From contig JACPAV010000005.1 of NCBI GenBank assembly GCA_016180645.1, positions 1 through 64,000 on the forward strand: a stretch of 64,000 nt of DNA, written 5' to 3'. The notes under the pieces were generated by a model. That model saw only the letters and a list, made by a program, of their open reading frames with translations, had not been told where the DNA came from and did not search any database. The DNA is from Nitrospirota bacterium (GTDB lineage Bacteria > JACPQY01). Positions 1 to 8,421 of this stretch are shown here, in pieces. The position numbers and the translations under genes were made by a program. Positions within the stretch are counted from its first letter, which is position 1; each line of letters starts with the position of its first letter.

Positions 1-2824
1 CGCCCCTCCCCTCACGCTCACCAGCGTCGAGGGCGATACGGCCTCAACGTACTACGACACGGTAAACGACTCCAACACGGACATCGTCCTCACCTCCACG
101 GATGCCGTGTCCGGAACATCGGTCTGCCGCTGGTACACAACCGACTCGGGCTACGACGCGGGTACCGGCAACGCCTGCGGAGCCGGCACCAGCTGCTCTT
201 TCACCGGGGCGAATAACGCGGATACCGTCTACACCCGATACATCGCCTGCGTCGATGCAGCCGGGAACGGGAACTCAACGGCGAACAACCTGGACATCAC
301 GTGGACGAACGACTGGACCGCGCCGACGTTCGCCGGCCTCACGAGCGCCACGGCCACTTCCGAAAGCAACGTCAACCTTGCATGGTCGGCCGCTACGGAC
401 ACGCTGACCGCGCAGGGCGCCATCGTCTACCAAATCTGCCGCGAGCCGCCTCAATCGAATTGCCAGGGAAGTTTTAACGCGACGTTTACGACCTCCGCCG
501 GGGCCGTCATCTACGGCGACGGCTCGCTCACGACCGGCAGCGCGGTCTACTACGTTGTCCGCGCCCGCGACGAAGCGGGCAATGTGGACACCAATACCGT
601 CGAAAAGTACGCAGTGACGTGGTCGACCAAGATCGCCCAGGCCATCGCCAACTACTTCAGCTACCAAACCTGCGCCATTCTTGCCGGCGGGACGGTAAAC
701 TGCTGGGGCCGCAATGACTACGGTCAGCTCGGGGACGGGACGACCGTGCAAAAAACGACCCCTGTCGCCGCTACCGGCCTGGCGGGCGTCGTGGCCGTCG
801 CAGGGGGCTTCTATCACACCTGTTCCCTTCTTTCCGATGGGACTGTGAAATGCACGGGCCGCAATAACAGCGGTCAACTTGGGGACGGGACGACGGTCGA
901 CAAGTCAACACCCGTCGCCGTTTCCTCGCTATCCGGGGTACTGGCGATCGCGGGGGGATCTGAACACTCTTGCTCCCTTCATTCCGACGGCACGGTGAAG
1001 TGCTGGGGGTGGAATAGCCAGGGTCAGTTTGGGGATGGGACAGCGGTGAACAAATCGACCCCGGTGGCCGTGTCCAGCCTATCGGGCGCGGTGAACATTG
1101 CAGCGGGCTACGAGCACACCTGTTCGCTCCTTTCCGACGGCACGGTGAAATGCTGGGGGCGCAATGACCGTGGTCAGCTTGGGGACGGCACGACGGGGAA
1201 CATCTCGACCCCCGTGGATGTGAGCAGCCTATCGAGCGTTGTCGCCGTCTCGGGGGGAGACACGTTTACTTGTTCCCTGCTTGCCGATGGTACGGTGAAG
1301 TGCTGGGGGTACAATCTTGACGGTGAGCTTGGGGACGGGACGACGGCGAACAAATCGACCCCCGTGGCCGTGAGCAGCCTCACGAACGTCGTGGACGTCA
1401 ATGGAGGCTACGAGTCCGCCTGCGCCCTTCTTGCGGATGGGACGGTGAAATGCTGGGGCAGAAATCAGAACGGTCAGATTGGGGACGGCACGACCACGAG
1501 CCGAACGACCCCCGTGGCCGTCAGCAGCCTGTCGGGTGCCGTGTCCATCGCGGTGGGCGTCAATACCACCTGTTCCCTCCTTTCCGACGGCACGGTGAAA
1601 TGCTGGGGACTCAATGGCAACGGTCAGCTTGGGGACGGGACGACAACGAACAGAACGACCCCCGTAACCGTCTCCATGCCCGCCGGCCCGATGGGCGCAA
1701 AACTCCCGCGCCTCCACGAATCCACCGCCTCCGGCGCCCCCGCCCGCCCGTGGCGGCTCGGGCTGGCAACCGGCGGCAATCACACTTGTGCGCTCCTCTC
1801 GGACGGACGCGCCAAGTGCTGGGGGCGCAATCATGCCGGGCAAGTCGGGGACGGCTCGGGAAGCAGCCGCACGTCCCCTGTGTTCGTTACGTCTCTCTCA
1901 GCCGCTGTGGCCCTGGCCACGGGAGATTGGCATAGTTGCGCTCTCCTCGCCGATGGGACGGTGAAATGCTGGGGCCAAAATGACGTCGGACAAGTCGGCG
2001 ACGGCAGCACGGCCAACAAGGCCACCCCCGTGGCGGTCTCCAGTTTGTCCGCCGTGGTGTCTGCGACCGGCGGCTCGTATTTCACCTGCGCGCTCCTCTC
2101 AGACGGCACGGTGAAATGCTGGGGACACAACGTGTACGGCCAACTCGGCGACGGCACCACCGCCAACAAGTCCACCCCCATCCAAGTGTCAAGCCTGTCG
2201 AGCGGGGTCGCCATAGAAGGCGGTGGGACCCAGGCCTGCGTGCTTCTGTCGGACGGCACGGTGAAATGCTGGGGACGCAACTTCTACGGCCAACTCGGCG
2301 ATGGAACCACCACGGACAAGAACACCCCCGTCGCCGTTTCTTCCCTCAGCGGCGTGGTCGCCCTCTCGGCAGGCAGTGGAGACTTCGCCGAACGCACGTG
2401 TGCTCTCCTGTCCGACGGCGCCGTCAAGTGCTGGGGCAACAACTCCTACGGCCAGCTTGGAGATGGGTCAGTCGTCACCAAGTCGACGCCGACAGCGGTC
2501 TCCACCCTCACGGGCGCGGTCGCGATCGCAGGAGGTGGGGGCCATTCCTGCGCCCTGCTCGTAGACGGTTCCGCCCATTGCTGGGGCCGGAACGACTACG
2601 GCCAGGTAGGCGACGGTACCACTGCGGGCCGCACGACACCCGTTCCCGTTACAAGCCTGACCAACGTCGTGGCCATCTCCGGTGGCGGCGGCTCCTACGC
2701 CCACACCTGTGCGCTTCTTTCGGACGGCACTCTGAAGTGCTGGGGTGGGAACGATTACGGCCAAGTGGGCGACGGCACCACCGCCAACAAATCCACCCCC
2801 GTTCCGGTCCAAAACCTCCCCTGA
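1..2824 (+). CDS. Large surface/secreted protein with an FnIII-like domain and two 7-repeat RCC1/BLIP-II beta-propellers (5' partial)
   Basis: Frame is open from position 2. Fourteen ~50-aa repeats of the form HTCxLLSDGTVKCWGxNxxGQLGDGT fall in two blocks of 7. They are preceded by an FnIII-like segment (VNLAWSAATD...YYVVRARDEAGN). Confidence 0.9.
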   Translation, partial: APPLTLTSVEGDTASTYYDTVNDSNTDIVLTSTDAVSGTSVCRWYTTDSGYDAGTGNACGAGTSCSFTGANNADTVYTRYIACVDAAGNGNSTANNLDITWTNDWTAPTFAGLTSATATSESNVNLAWSAATDTLTAQGAIVYQICREPPQSNCQGSFNATFTTSAGAVIYGDGSLTTGSAVYYVVRARDEAGNVDTNTVEKYAVTWSTKIAQAIANYFSYQTCAILAGGTVNCWGRNDYGQLGDGTTVQKTTPVAATGLAGVVAVAGGFYHTCSLLSDGTVKCTGRNNSGQLGDGTTVDKSTPVAVSSLSGVLAIAGGSEHSCSLHSDGTVKCWGWNSQGQFGDGTAVNKSTPVAVSSLSGAVNIAAGYEHTCSLLSDGTVKCWGRNDRGQLGDGTTGNISTPVDVSSLSSVVAVSGGDTFTCSLLADGTVKCWGYNLDGELGDGTTANKSTPVAVSSLTNVVDVNGGYESACALLADGTVKCWGRNQNGQIGDGTTTSRTTPVAVSSLSGAVSIAVGVNTTCSLLSDGTVKCWGLNGNGQLGDGTTTNRTTPVTVSMPAGPMGAKLPRLHESTASGAPARPWRLGLATGGNHTCALLSDGRAKCWGRNHAGQVGDGSGSSRTSPVFVTSLSAAVALATGDWHSCALLADGTVKCWGQNDVGQVGDGSTANKATPVAVSSLSAVVSATGGSYFTCALLSDGTVKCWGHNVYGQLGDGTTANKSTPIQVSSLSSGVAIEGGGTQACVLLSDGTVKCWGRNFYGQLGDGTTTDKNTPVAVSSLSGVVALSAGSGDFAERTCALLSDGAVKCWGNNSYGQLGDGSVVTKSTPTAVSTLTGAVAIAGGGGHSCALLVDGSAHCWGRNDYGQVGDGTTAGRTTPVPVTSLTNVVAISGGGGSYAHTCALLSDGTLKCWGGNDYGQVGDGTTANKSTPVPVQNLP

Positions 2825-2835
2825 TTCTCCTCTTG

Positions 2836-2890
2836 GTAGGCGCACCCTTTACGGGTGCGTCCTCGGACGCAGGCTGAAGCCTGCGGCTAC
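2836..2890. repeat. Inverted REP pair (REPIN-like), GTAG-CCGC family
   Basis: GTAGGCGCACCCTTTACGGGTGCG followed by inverted CGCAGGCTGAAGCCTGCGGCTAC; GTAG tetranucleotide plus hairpin, between convergent genes. Confidence 0.75.
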
Positions 2891-2905
2891 CGGTCCAGTG
2901 TATAC

Positions 2906-2961
2906 ATAATGGGTGACAGTATACTCTATTTCAAACAATAGAGTATACTGTCACCGATTAT
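2906..2961. repeat. AT-rich palindromic element, copy 1
   Basis: Perfect 19-bp arms GGTGACAGTATACTCTATT / AATAGAGTATACTGTCACC; a second copy lies at 61153-61209. Confidence 0.85.
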
Positions 2962-4013
2962 CACACGTGGAAGAGGATGTTCAGGACGTCCCCGTCCTTC
3001 ACAACGTATTCCTTGCCCTCCTGCCGGAGTTTTCCCTGTCTCCTGGCCTCGGCCAAGGTCTTGAGCGCAAGAAGGTCGGAACACGTCACCACCTCCGCAC
3101 GGATAAATCCCTTCTCAAGATCCGAATGAATACGCCCCGCGGCCTTCTGGGCGTTCGCTCCTTGCTGGACGCTCCACGCGCGAACTTCATCCTCCCCCAC
3201 CGTCAAGAATGAAATGAAGTTGAGCGTTTTGTAGATATGCCGGACGAACCGGTTCAGAGCCGGCTCCTTCATGCCCAAATCCGTTAGAAACTCCTTCTGG
3301 TCATCCGGACCCAATTGCGCGATCTCCATCTCCATGGCGCCCTGGAGCGTGAAGAGATCGATCTTCAACTCCCCGAGGGTCCGTTCGGCTGAGGAAAGGT
3401 CCACTTTCTTGTCACCGGTATTGGCCACCGCCAGGATCGGCTTCGTGGTCACAAAAGTAAGCCCGGATAGAACCTTCAGGTCCGCCTCCGGAACGAAATC
3501 CGGCCCGATCGGAAGATTCCCCAACAGGCGCTGTCCCATCCTCTCCAGGATCTCGTATTCCCGGCTGCCCTTCTTCCCCTCCTTTTCCAATCGCTGCATG
3601 CGCTTCTCCACCACTTCGTAGTCGCTGAAGACCAGCGACTCCACCATCTTCTTCAGATCCGCGGCGGCATCCACTTTTCCCGAGGGATGAGGAACGGAAT
3701 CGGACTCGAAGGCGCGGACGACAATCACCAGCATGTCGAGGTTTCGGATTTGGGCGAGCGCATCGGAGGCAAGGCCGCCCGTTTCATCGAACCCCACTTG
3801 CAAGTCTTTCAGGACGATCTTGGCGTACACGGTTTTCTTTGGGCGAAACAACGCCAGGAGGTCATCCACGCGCGGATCCGGAACGTTAATGTCCGCGATG
3901 TTCACATCCTTCTTCCCGCCCGCATAGGCAGAAGTGGCGGCGTTCCGGCCGGTCACCGCATTATAGATGGTGGTCTTGCCCGACAAGGGCAGTCCGATGA
4001 GTCCTGTCTCCAT
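2961..4013 (-). CDS. ychF: YchF/Obg-family ATPase (divergent, DUF933 C-terminus)
   Basis: P-loop GLPLSGKTT, VPDPRVD, and C-terminal FLTVGEDEVRAW, AGRIHSDLEKGFIRAEV, EGKEYVVKDGD. Confidence 0.85.
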   Translation of the reverse strand: METGLIGLPLSGKTTIYNAVTGRNAATSAYAGGKKDVNIADINVPDPRVDDLLALFRPKKTVYAKIVLKDLQVGFDETGGLASDALAQIRNLDMLVIVVRAFESDSVPHPSGKVDAAADLKKMVESLVFSDYEVVEKRMQRLEKEGKKGSREYEILERMGQRLLGNLPIGPDFVPEADLKVLSGLTFVTTKPILAVANTGDKKVDLSSAERTLGELKIDLFTLQGAMEMEIAQLGPDDQKEFLTDLGMKEPALNRFVRHIYKTLNFISFLTVGEDEVRAWSVQQGANAQKAAGRIHSDLEKGFIRAEVVTCSDLLALKTLAEARRQGKLRQEGKEYVVKDGDVLNILFHV

Positions 4014-4019
4014 GGGGCT

Positions 4020-5183
4020 CTATCGCGAACGGACTTCGACGAGGGCTTCGGGGCGCGGCGCAGATAGAAAGTCCAGGCCGGCTGGCTCCCCCTTCAAATG
4101 GGCGCTGAAGAAGGCCGTAACGTAGGCCTGGCCGATGGATCGCGCGATGGCGGGGTCAAGATAGGTGAACTTTTCGCCCGGCTTCGTTTGGCGCTCCCCT
4201 TCGCCGCAGCCGGCGGGGTATCGATCCGTGACCTTGCATATATCCGAGAAGGACATGTGGCCGGCGTCGGCCACCTCCACCTTCCACGCGGGCTGATTCG
4301 CGGTATCGAAGTTCTTCCGGATGTAGGTGTTGCCGATTTCGTAAACCATGTTGTCCTCCTTCGCCAGGAGAAACAGGACCGGAACACGAATCACGGCCAT
4401 CGTGGGTCCGGGGAGCAGCGGATTTTCCATTGGCACGGCGATGGCCAGGCCGGCTTTGAACCGCGAATCCTGATTCAGGACGAGACCCGCGGTGGCCCCC
4501 CCGAAGCTGTGTCCAAAGATGCCCACGCGACTTGAATCGAATCGGCCTCGCAGCGCCGCAGGCACCTCGGCAGAGTCCGCGTCCACTAAAACATCCAGCA
4601 GAAACTCCATATCCCGTGCCCGTGTTTCGAGAAAGTCCGGCGTCAGGAACGCGGCCGATCCCTTGAGACTGTCGAAGAGCGTTCCACCCGTGTGATCCGG
4701 AGCCGCCACGGCAATCCCGTGGCTCGCCAAGCGCTCGGCCAACGAGAAGGACGAAAAGCGCGTACAGCTCATGCAGTGGGAAAAGAGCACAAGGGGCCAC
4801 GGAGCCGTCGATGTATCCGCTTCGGCATCGGTAGCCGAATGTTTCACCAGGGTCGGTCCAGGCTGAGGCGCGGCGCGAAGCAGGCCCGCGTATGTGTCGT
4901 GGTCGGCCCCAGGGACCAGGAATTGCTCCGCCGGCTCCCCCACGCTCGCCCCAGCTCTGGCAGACCCGACGGCCGGATACCACACCTCCACCCAGAAGGT
5001 GCGGGACCGAGCCGCGTCGGTCACCTCGAAGTGCGCATTCCCGACCGGATACGGTCCGGGCGACTCGTACTTCAACGGGGACGGGGAATCTATGGAGCAG
5101 CCCACGAGCAATGCCGCCGCCGTAATGGTCTTTCCGATGGCTTCCAGCAGAATAGGTTTCCGGCGAACATCATCCGCGGGCAT
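4020..5183 (-). CDS. Alpha/beta-hydrolase lipoprotein (PAF-acetylhydrolase/dienelactone-hydrolase-like)
   Basis: Lipobox-like LLVGC; PGPYPVG; LASHGIAVAAPDH; nucleophile elbow GHSFGG; AGHMSFSD. Start placed at ATG 5183, since the upstream extension runs through palindromic repeats. Confidence 0.8.
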   Translation of the reverse strand: MPADDVRRKPILLEAIGKTITAAALLVGCSIDSPSPLKYESPGPYPVGNAHFEVTDAARSRTFWVEVWYPAVGSARAGASVGEPAEQFLVPGADHDTYAGLLRAAPQPGPTLVKHSATDAEADTSTAPWPLVLFSHCMSCTRFSSFSLAERLASHGIAVAAPDHTGGTLFDSLKGSAAFLTPDFLETRARDMEFLLDVLVDADSAEVPAALRGRFDSSRVGIFGHSFGGATAGLVLNQDSRFKAGLAIAVPMENPLLPGPTMAVIRVPVLFLLAKEDNMVYEIGNTYIRKNFDTANQPAWKVEVADAGHMSFSDICKVTDRYPAGCGEGERQTKPGEKFTYLDPAIARSIGQAYVTAFFSAHLKGEPAGLDFLSAPRPEALVEVRSR

Positions 5184-5216
5184 AAAGCCTGCGCCTGCCA
5201 CGGATACAGATTCCTG

Positions 5217-5312
5217 GTAGCCGCGGGCCATGTTACATGCCGCACCATCCGTGGTGCGGCGACATATCATGGTCCCATACCATCCGTGGCATGGGGCTTC
5301 AGCCCGCGTCAT
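5217..5312. repeat. REP (GTAGCCGCGGGCTTCAGCCCGCG) interrupted by an insertion of two CCA-TCCG-TGG hairpins
   Basis: The two halves match the intact copy at 18397-18419. Inserted hairpins: GCCGCACCA-TCCG-TGGTGCGGC and CCCATACCA-TCCG-TGGCATGGG. Confidence 0.6.
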
Positions 5313-5394
5313 TGCGCCGCAGGTCTTCCATTGTCCGATCATGGCGCCATTGTTCACAACGCCACCCCAAAATCCAGCCCTGAGCCCCCACCTC

Positions 5395-5435
5395 TTGACA
5401 AATTACGGTGACTCTGATTCACTGACGTTATGTCA
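5395..5435 (+). promoter_or_regulatory. Sigma-70-like promoter of tetR with two tandem TGAC-N5-(G/T)TCA operator-like boxes
   Basis: TTGACA at 5395-5400, 17-nt spacer, weak -10 TTCACT. Boxes TGACTCTGATTCA (5409-5421) and TGACGTTATGTCA (5423-5435) overlap the -10 and the start codon. Confidence 0.55.
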
Positions 5436-6086
5436 CCCACTGAAGCCGTCCGTACACCCTCCGAATCCCGCGCCCCACGGAGCCGGAAGGCCCGAAAAGC
5501 CGCGACCCGGGATTCACTCAAACGCGCCGCCCTGAGTTGCTTCGCGGAAAAGGGCTACGCCCAGACCCAGATCGCCGATATTGCCGACCGTTGCGCCGTA
5601 GCGCACGGCACGTTCTACGTGCACTTTTCGAGCAAGGAGCAACTCATCGAGGAGCTGCTCCAGCAATTCAACGCGGGCCTAGTCGAACGCCTCCGGCCGA
5701 TCTGGAGCCCAGGCCGTCCGCTCGACCTCCGCCGCACCGTCCGGCAGACCGCCAGGGCATTCCTGGATTACTGGGCCGACCACCGCGACCTCGTCCATGC
5801 CTATGCCCAGCGGGCGGCCGCCGGCCTCAGCGTGGAGTCGCTGCGGGATGGCATCAACCCTCCCGTCGCACAGTTTCTCATCGGGGCACTCAAGTCCGTC
5901 GCTCCGGACTCGAAAGCCGACCATCCCAGCCTCGAACTCACCGCGCATGCTCTCCTGTCCATGTGGCTCCGCATCGGGATGCAGGCGCTGTTCAATCCCT
6001 CCGTAACTCGACGGGAAGCGGAGGACACACTCGTCCGACTCACCTTGGGCTCTCTCCAATCCTGGATGAATCCCAAAAATCGATAG
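5430..6086 (+). CDS. TetR/AcrR family transcriptional regulator
   Basis: N-terminal HTH AALSCFAEKGYAQTQIADIADRCAVAHGTFYVHFSSKEQL. Confidence 0.92.
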   Translation: MSPTEAVRTPSESRAPRSRKARKAATRDSLKRAALSCFAEKGYAQTQIADIADRCAVAHGTFYVHFSSKEQLIEELLQQFNAGLVERLRPIWSPGRPLDLRRTVRQTARAFLDYWADHRDLVHAYAQRAAAGLSVESLRDGINPPVAQFLIGALKSVAPDSKADHPSLELTAHALLSMWLRIGMQALFNPSVTRREAEDTLVRLTLGSLQSWMNPKNR

Positions 6087-6098
6087 GGGGAAGTCACC

Positions 6099-7481
6099 AT
6101 GAACCAACTCGATCACCCGCCGGCCGGTTCCACCGGACCGTTTCCGCCGCCTCCAGTAACGTCCAGGTCGCGTGAGATTCCGGTTCAGAGGGAGCCGTCG
6201 AGTCCGCAGCCCCCTCGGGCGAGTGCTCTGACCCAATCCTATGCCGCGATGCAGCCACGCCCGCTGGCGGAATTCAATCTTTACCGCCCCAAGCCCGGCC
6301 ATCCCGATTGGCCGAGGCTCGCCGCCGAGGCGAAACAGCTCGCAGACGAGATTCTGCCCACGCTCGAACGTCCGCGCACCGGTCGCCACGACCTCGGGCG
6401 AAAATTGGGAAGCTACCGCACGGTCGTCCGGAATTACCTGGACAATCGCCGACGTGCCAAAGCGGGTCGGGAGGATCTGCGTCCCCTCTACTTCATCTGG
6501 ACCACCCTCCGCTCCTGCAATTTCAGTTGCACGTATTGCGACGATCATCAGGGCCACAAATACCCGGACCTACCGAATGACGGCGTTCTCAACACGGAAC
6601 AAGGCATCCGCCTCCTGGAGATCATGCGCACGCGCACCCCGTCGGTCTACTTCGCCGGCGGCGAACCCACCATGCGGCAGGACCTGCCCACGCTTACCCG
6701 CGCGGCCCGTAATCTGAACTACTACCCCATCATCATCAACACCAACGCCAGCCTCATCCACCGATGGCTGAAAAAGGAATCCTGGAAAACCTGGCTGGCC
6801 GATACGGACTTCATCGTGGTAAGTCTCGATGCGCTCGATCTTTCTCTCCTCAACGACATGTGGATTTATGGACGATCCCAGGACGTTCTCCGCAATCTGC
6901 TCCTCCTCCGCGAACTGGCCGAACCGATGAACTTCAAGCTCATGGTCAACACAGTCATCCAGCCCGGCCATCTCCAGGAAGCGGGGGCGGTTCTGGATTT
7001 CGCGAACGATCTGGGCATCACGTTCTGTCCCGTTCCTATGAATATCGGGCCGACCATCAATGCGGCGCTCAAGGGCGACGGCGAATACCTCGCGCTGGCC
7101 GACCGGATCCTGGAGCGAAAACAGCAGGGCTATCCGATTACCGGCTCCCTGCGCATGAACCGGCGGTTGCTCCACTCGGAACCCCTCAACTGCCGGAACA
7201 CGGTCAAGCCCCACATCGATTTCGACGGCCGCCTGGTCTGGCCCTGCAAGGCCACGGTGAACGTGAAACCGGAATACATCAACGTGCTCGATTTCAAGGA
7301 TGTGGACACGCTGTACGACTATGCCGCTTCGAAGGTGAACCCGACGAAATTCCACGGTCCCGCCTGCAACCAGTGCGGCGCGAACTGCAACTGGGCCCAG
7401 AACTATACGACGGATACCTATTTCAACGGCCTCGTCCACCCTTTGAGCATGGTCCGGGATGCCTTCGAGTTCCTGAGCTGA
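6099..7481 (+). CDS. Radical SAM protein with C-terminal SPASM/twitch-like cysteines
   Basis: CNFSCTYC (CxxxCxxC), GGEP, NTN, VSLD; C-terminal CRN...DGRLVWPC...CNQCGANC; RBS-like GGGGGA upstream. Confidence 0.88.
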   Translation: MNQLDHPPAGSTGPFPPPPVTSRSREIPVQREPSSPQPPRASALTQSYAAMQPRPLAEFNLYRPKPGHPDWPRLAAEAKQLADEILPTLERPRTGRHDLGRKLGSYRTVVRNYLDNRRRAKAGREDLRPLYFIWTTLRSCNFSCTYCDDHQGHKYPDLPNDGVLNTEQGIRLLEIMRTRTPSVYFAGGEPTMRQDLPTLTRAARNLNYYPIIINTNASLIHRWLKKESWKTWLADTDFIVVSLDALDLSLLNDMWIYGRSQDVLRNLLLLRELAEPMNFKLMVNTVIQPGHLQEAGAVLDFANDLGITFCPVPMNIGPTINAALKGDGEYLALADRILERKQQGYPITGSLRMNRRLLHSEPLNCRNTVKPHIDFDGRLVWPCKATVNVKPEYINVLDFKDVDTLYDYAASKVNPTKFHGPACNQCGANCNWAQNYTTDTYFNGLVHPLSMVRDAFEFLS

Positions 7482-7495
7482 TTCCAGGACGACCC

Positions 7496-7582
7496 ATGCT
7501 CACTTTCTTGACGATTGCGGTGGGACTACTCCTGCGGTCCATGGCGCGCCGCAGAAAGGCGCGCAACCGCCCCTCTGCATGA
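7496..7582 (+). CDS. Possible 28-aa small membrane peptide (MLTFLTIAVGLLLRSMARRRKARNRPSA)
   Basis: AGGA upstream; fills the intergenic gap; its TGA overlaps the next ATG (ATGA); hydrophobic N-half and basic C-half. Confidence 0.35.
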   Translation: MLTFLTIAVGLLLRSMARRRKARNRPSA

Positions 7583-8355
7583 CTCTCGGCCTGGACGCCC
7601 TCACAATCGCGACCGTCAGCCTGCTGATTTGCGCAGCCGCCGATCGCCTCCGTTGGATGCAAATGTTGGTCCCGGCCATCATCGCCTTCCGCATGCTGGC
7701 CGTCTGGGGAATGATTCGCCGCCGTCCATCACACTCCCTCACAGCCGAGATCGTGTTCTTTTCTGTCTGCCTCATCCTGGGGGCGTTCAACGACTGGAAC
7801 ACGGTTGTGCGCCATCGCGTATACGACTACCTCGTGCCGAGCGATCTGGTTCCCTGGTCGTCGATCCCTTCGTGGATGCTGCTCTATTGGGGAATGATTC
7901 TTCGATTCATGCACACCCTCTCCGTGCAACCCTTTTTCCAATCCCCGCGTACAGGGAAGCCCGCCGCACCCCGGTTCATCGACCGGTGGCGTGTCCCCAT
8001 CGAGATCGCACTCGTGCTCGTCACGCGACAGGCCATCTATCGCTTCCCCCTCGACCCCGTGCTCTCCTGGCTGCCGTTTGCCGCCGCGCTGATCCTCTTT
8101 CTCCTCTTGTTCCCACTCGGTCGGGGCGAACGGCGGCTCTTCGCGTTTCTCGCGATCGGCGGCCCCCTCGTGGAGATCCTCTACATCCGAGTGGGCGCTC
8201 TTCATCAATACCCTCTGGGGGGGTTGGGAGGCGTACCCCTTTGGATCGCCCTTTGGTGGATTCTGGCCGGGTTGATCTGGAAGGATCTCTCCCCGCCCAT
8301 CTTCGGTTTCATCGCGAGAGCGTTTCCCGTGGCAAACACCCGCGCCCCAGCCTAA
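7579..8355 (+). CDS. Polytopic membrane protein of unknown function (DUF2878-like)
   Basis: About 7 hydrophobic segments; internally repeated motifs IPSWMLLYW and VPLWIALWW. Confidence 0.7.
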   Translation: MTLGLDALTIATVSLLICAAADRLRWMQMLVPAIIAFRMLAVWGMIRRRPSHSLTAEIVFFSVCLILGAFNDWNTVVRHRVYDYLVPSDLVPWSSIPSWMLLYWGMILRFMHTLSVQPFFQSPRTGKPAAPRFIDRWRVPIEIALVLVTRQAIYRFPLDPVLSWLPFAAALILFLLLFPLGRGERRLFAFLAIGGPLVEILYIRVGALHQYPLGGLGGVPLWIALWWILAGLIWKDLSPPIFGFIARAFPVANTRAPA

Positions 8356-8421
8356 GATAGGCTACTCTGCGAAGCGCTTCGTAGCACGAGCGCACTCGCG
8401 GATCCGATCACTCGATACATC

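Noticed and set aside
5184-5357. Longer N-terminus of the hydrolase ORF
   Set aside because: Runs through palindromic repeats; the lipoprotein signal fits a start at 5183.
8360-8390. Palindrome CGAAGCGCTTCG before the Ntn-hydrolase
   Set aside because: Short, with no U-tract, and only loosely similar to the 14352 palindrome; function cannot be supported.
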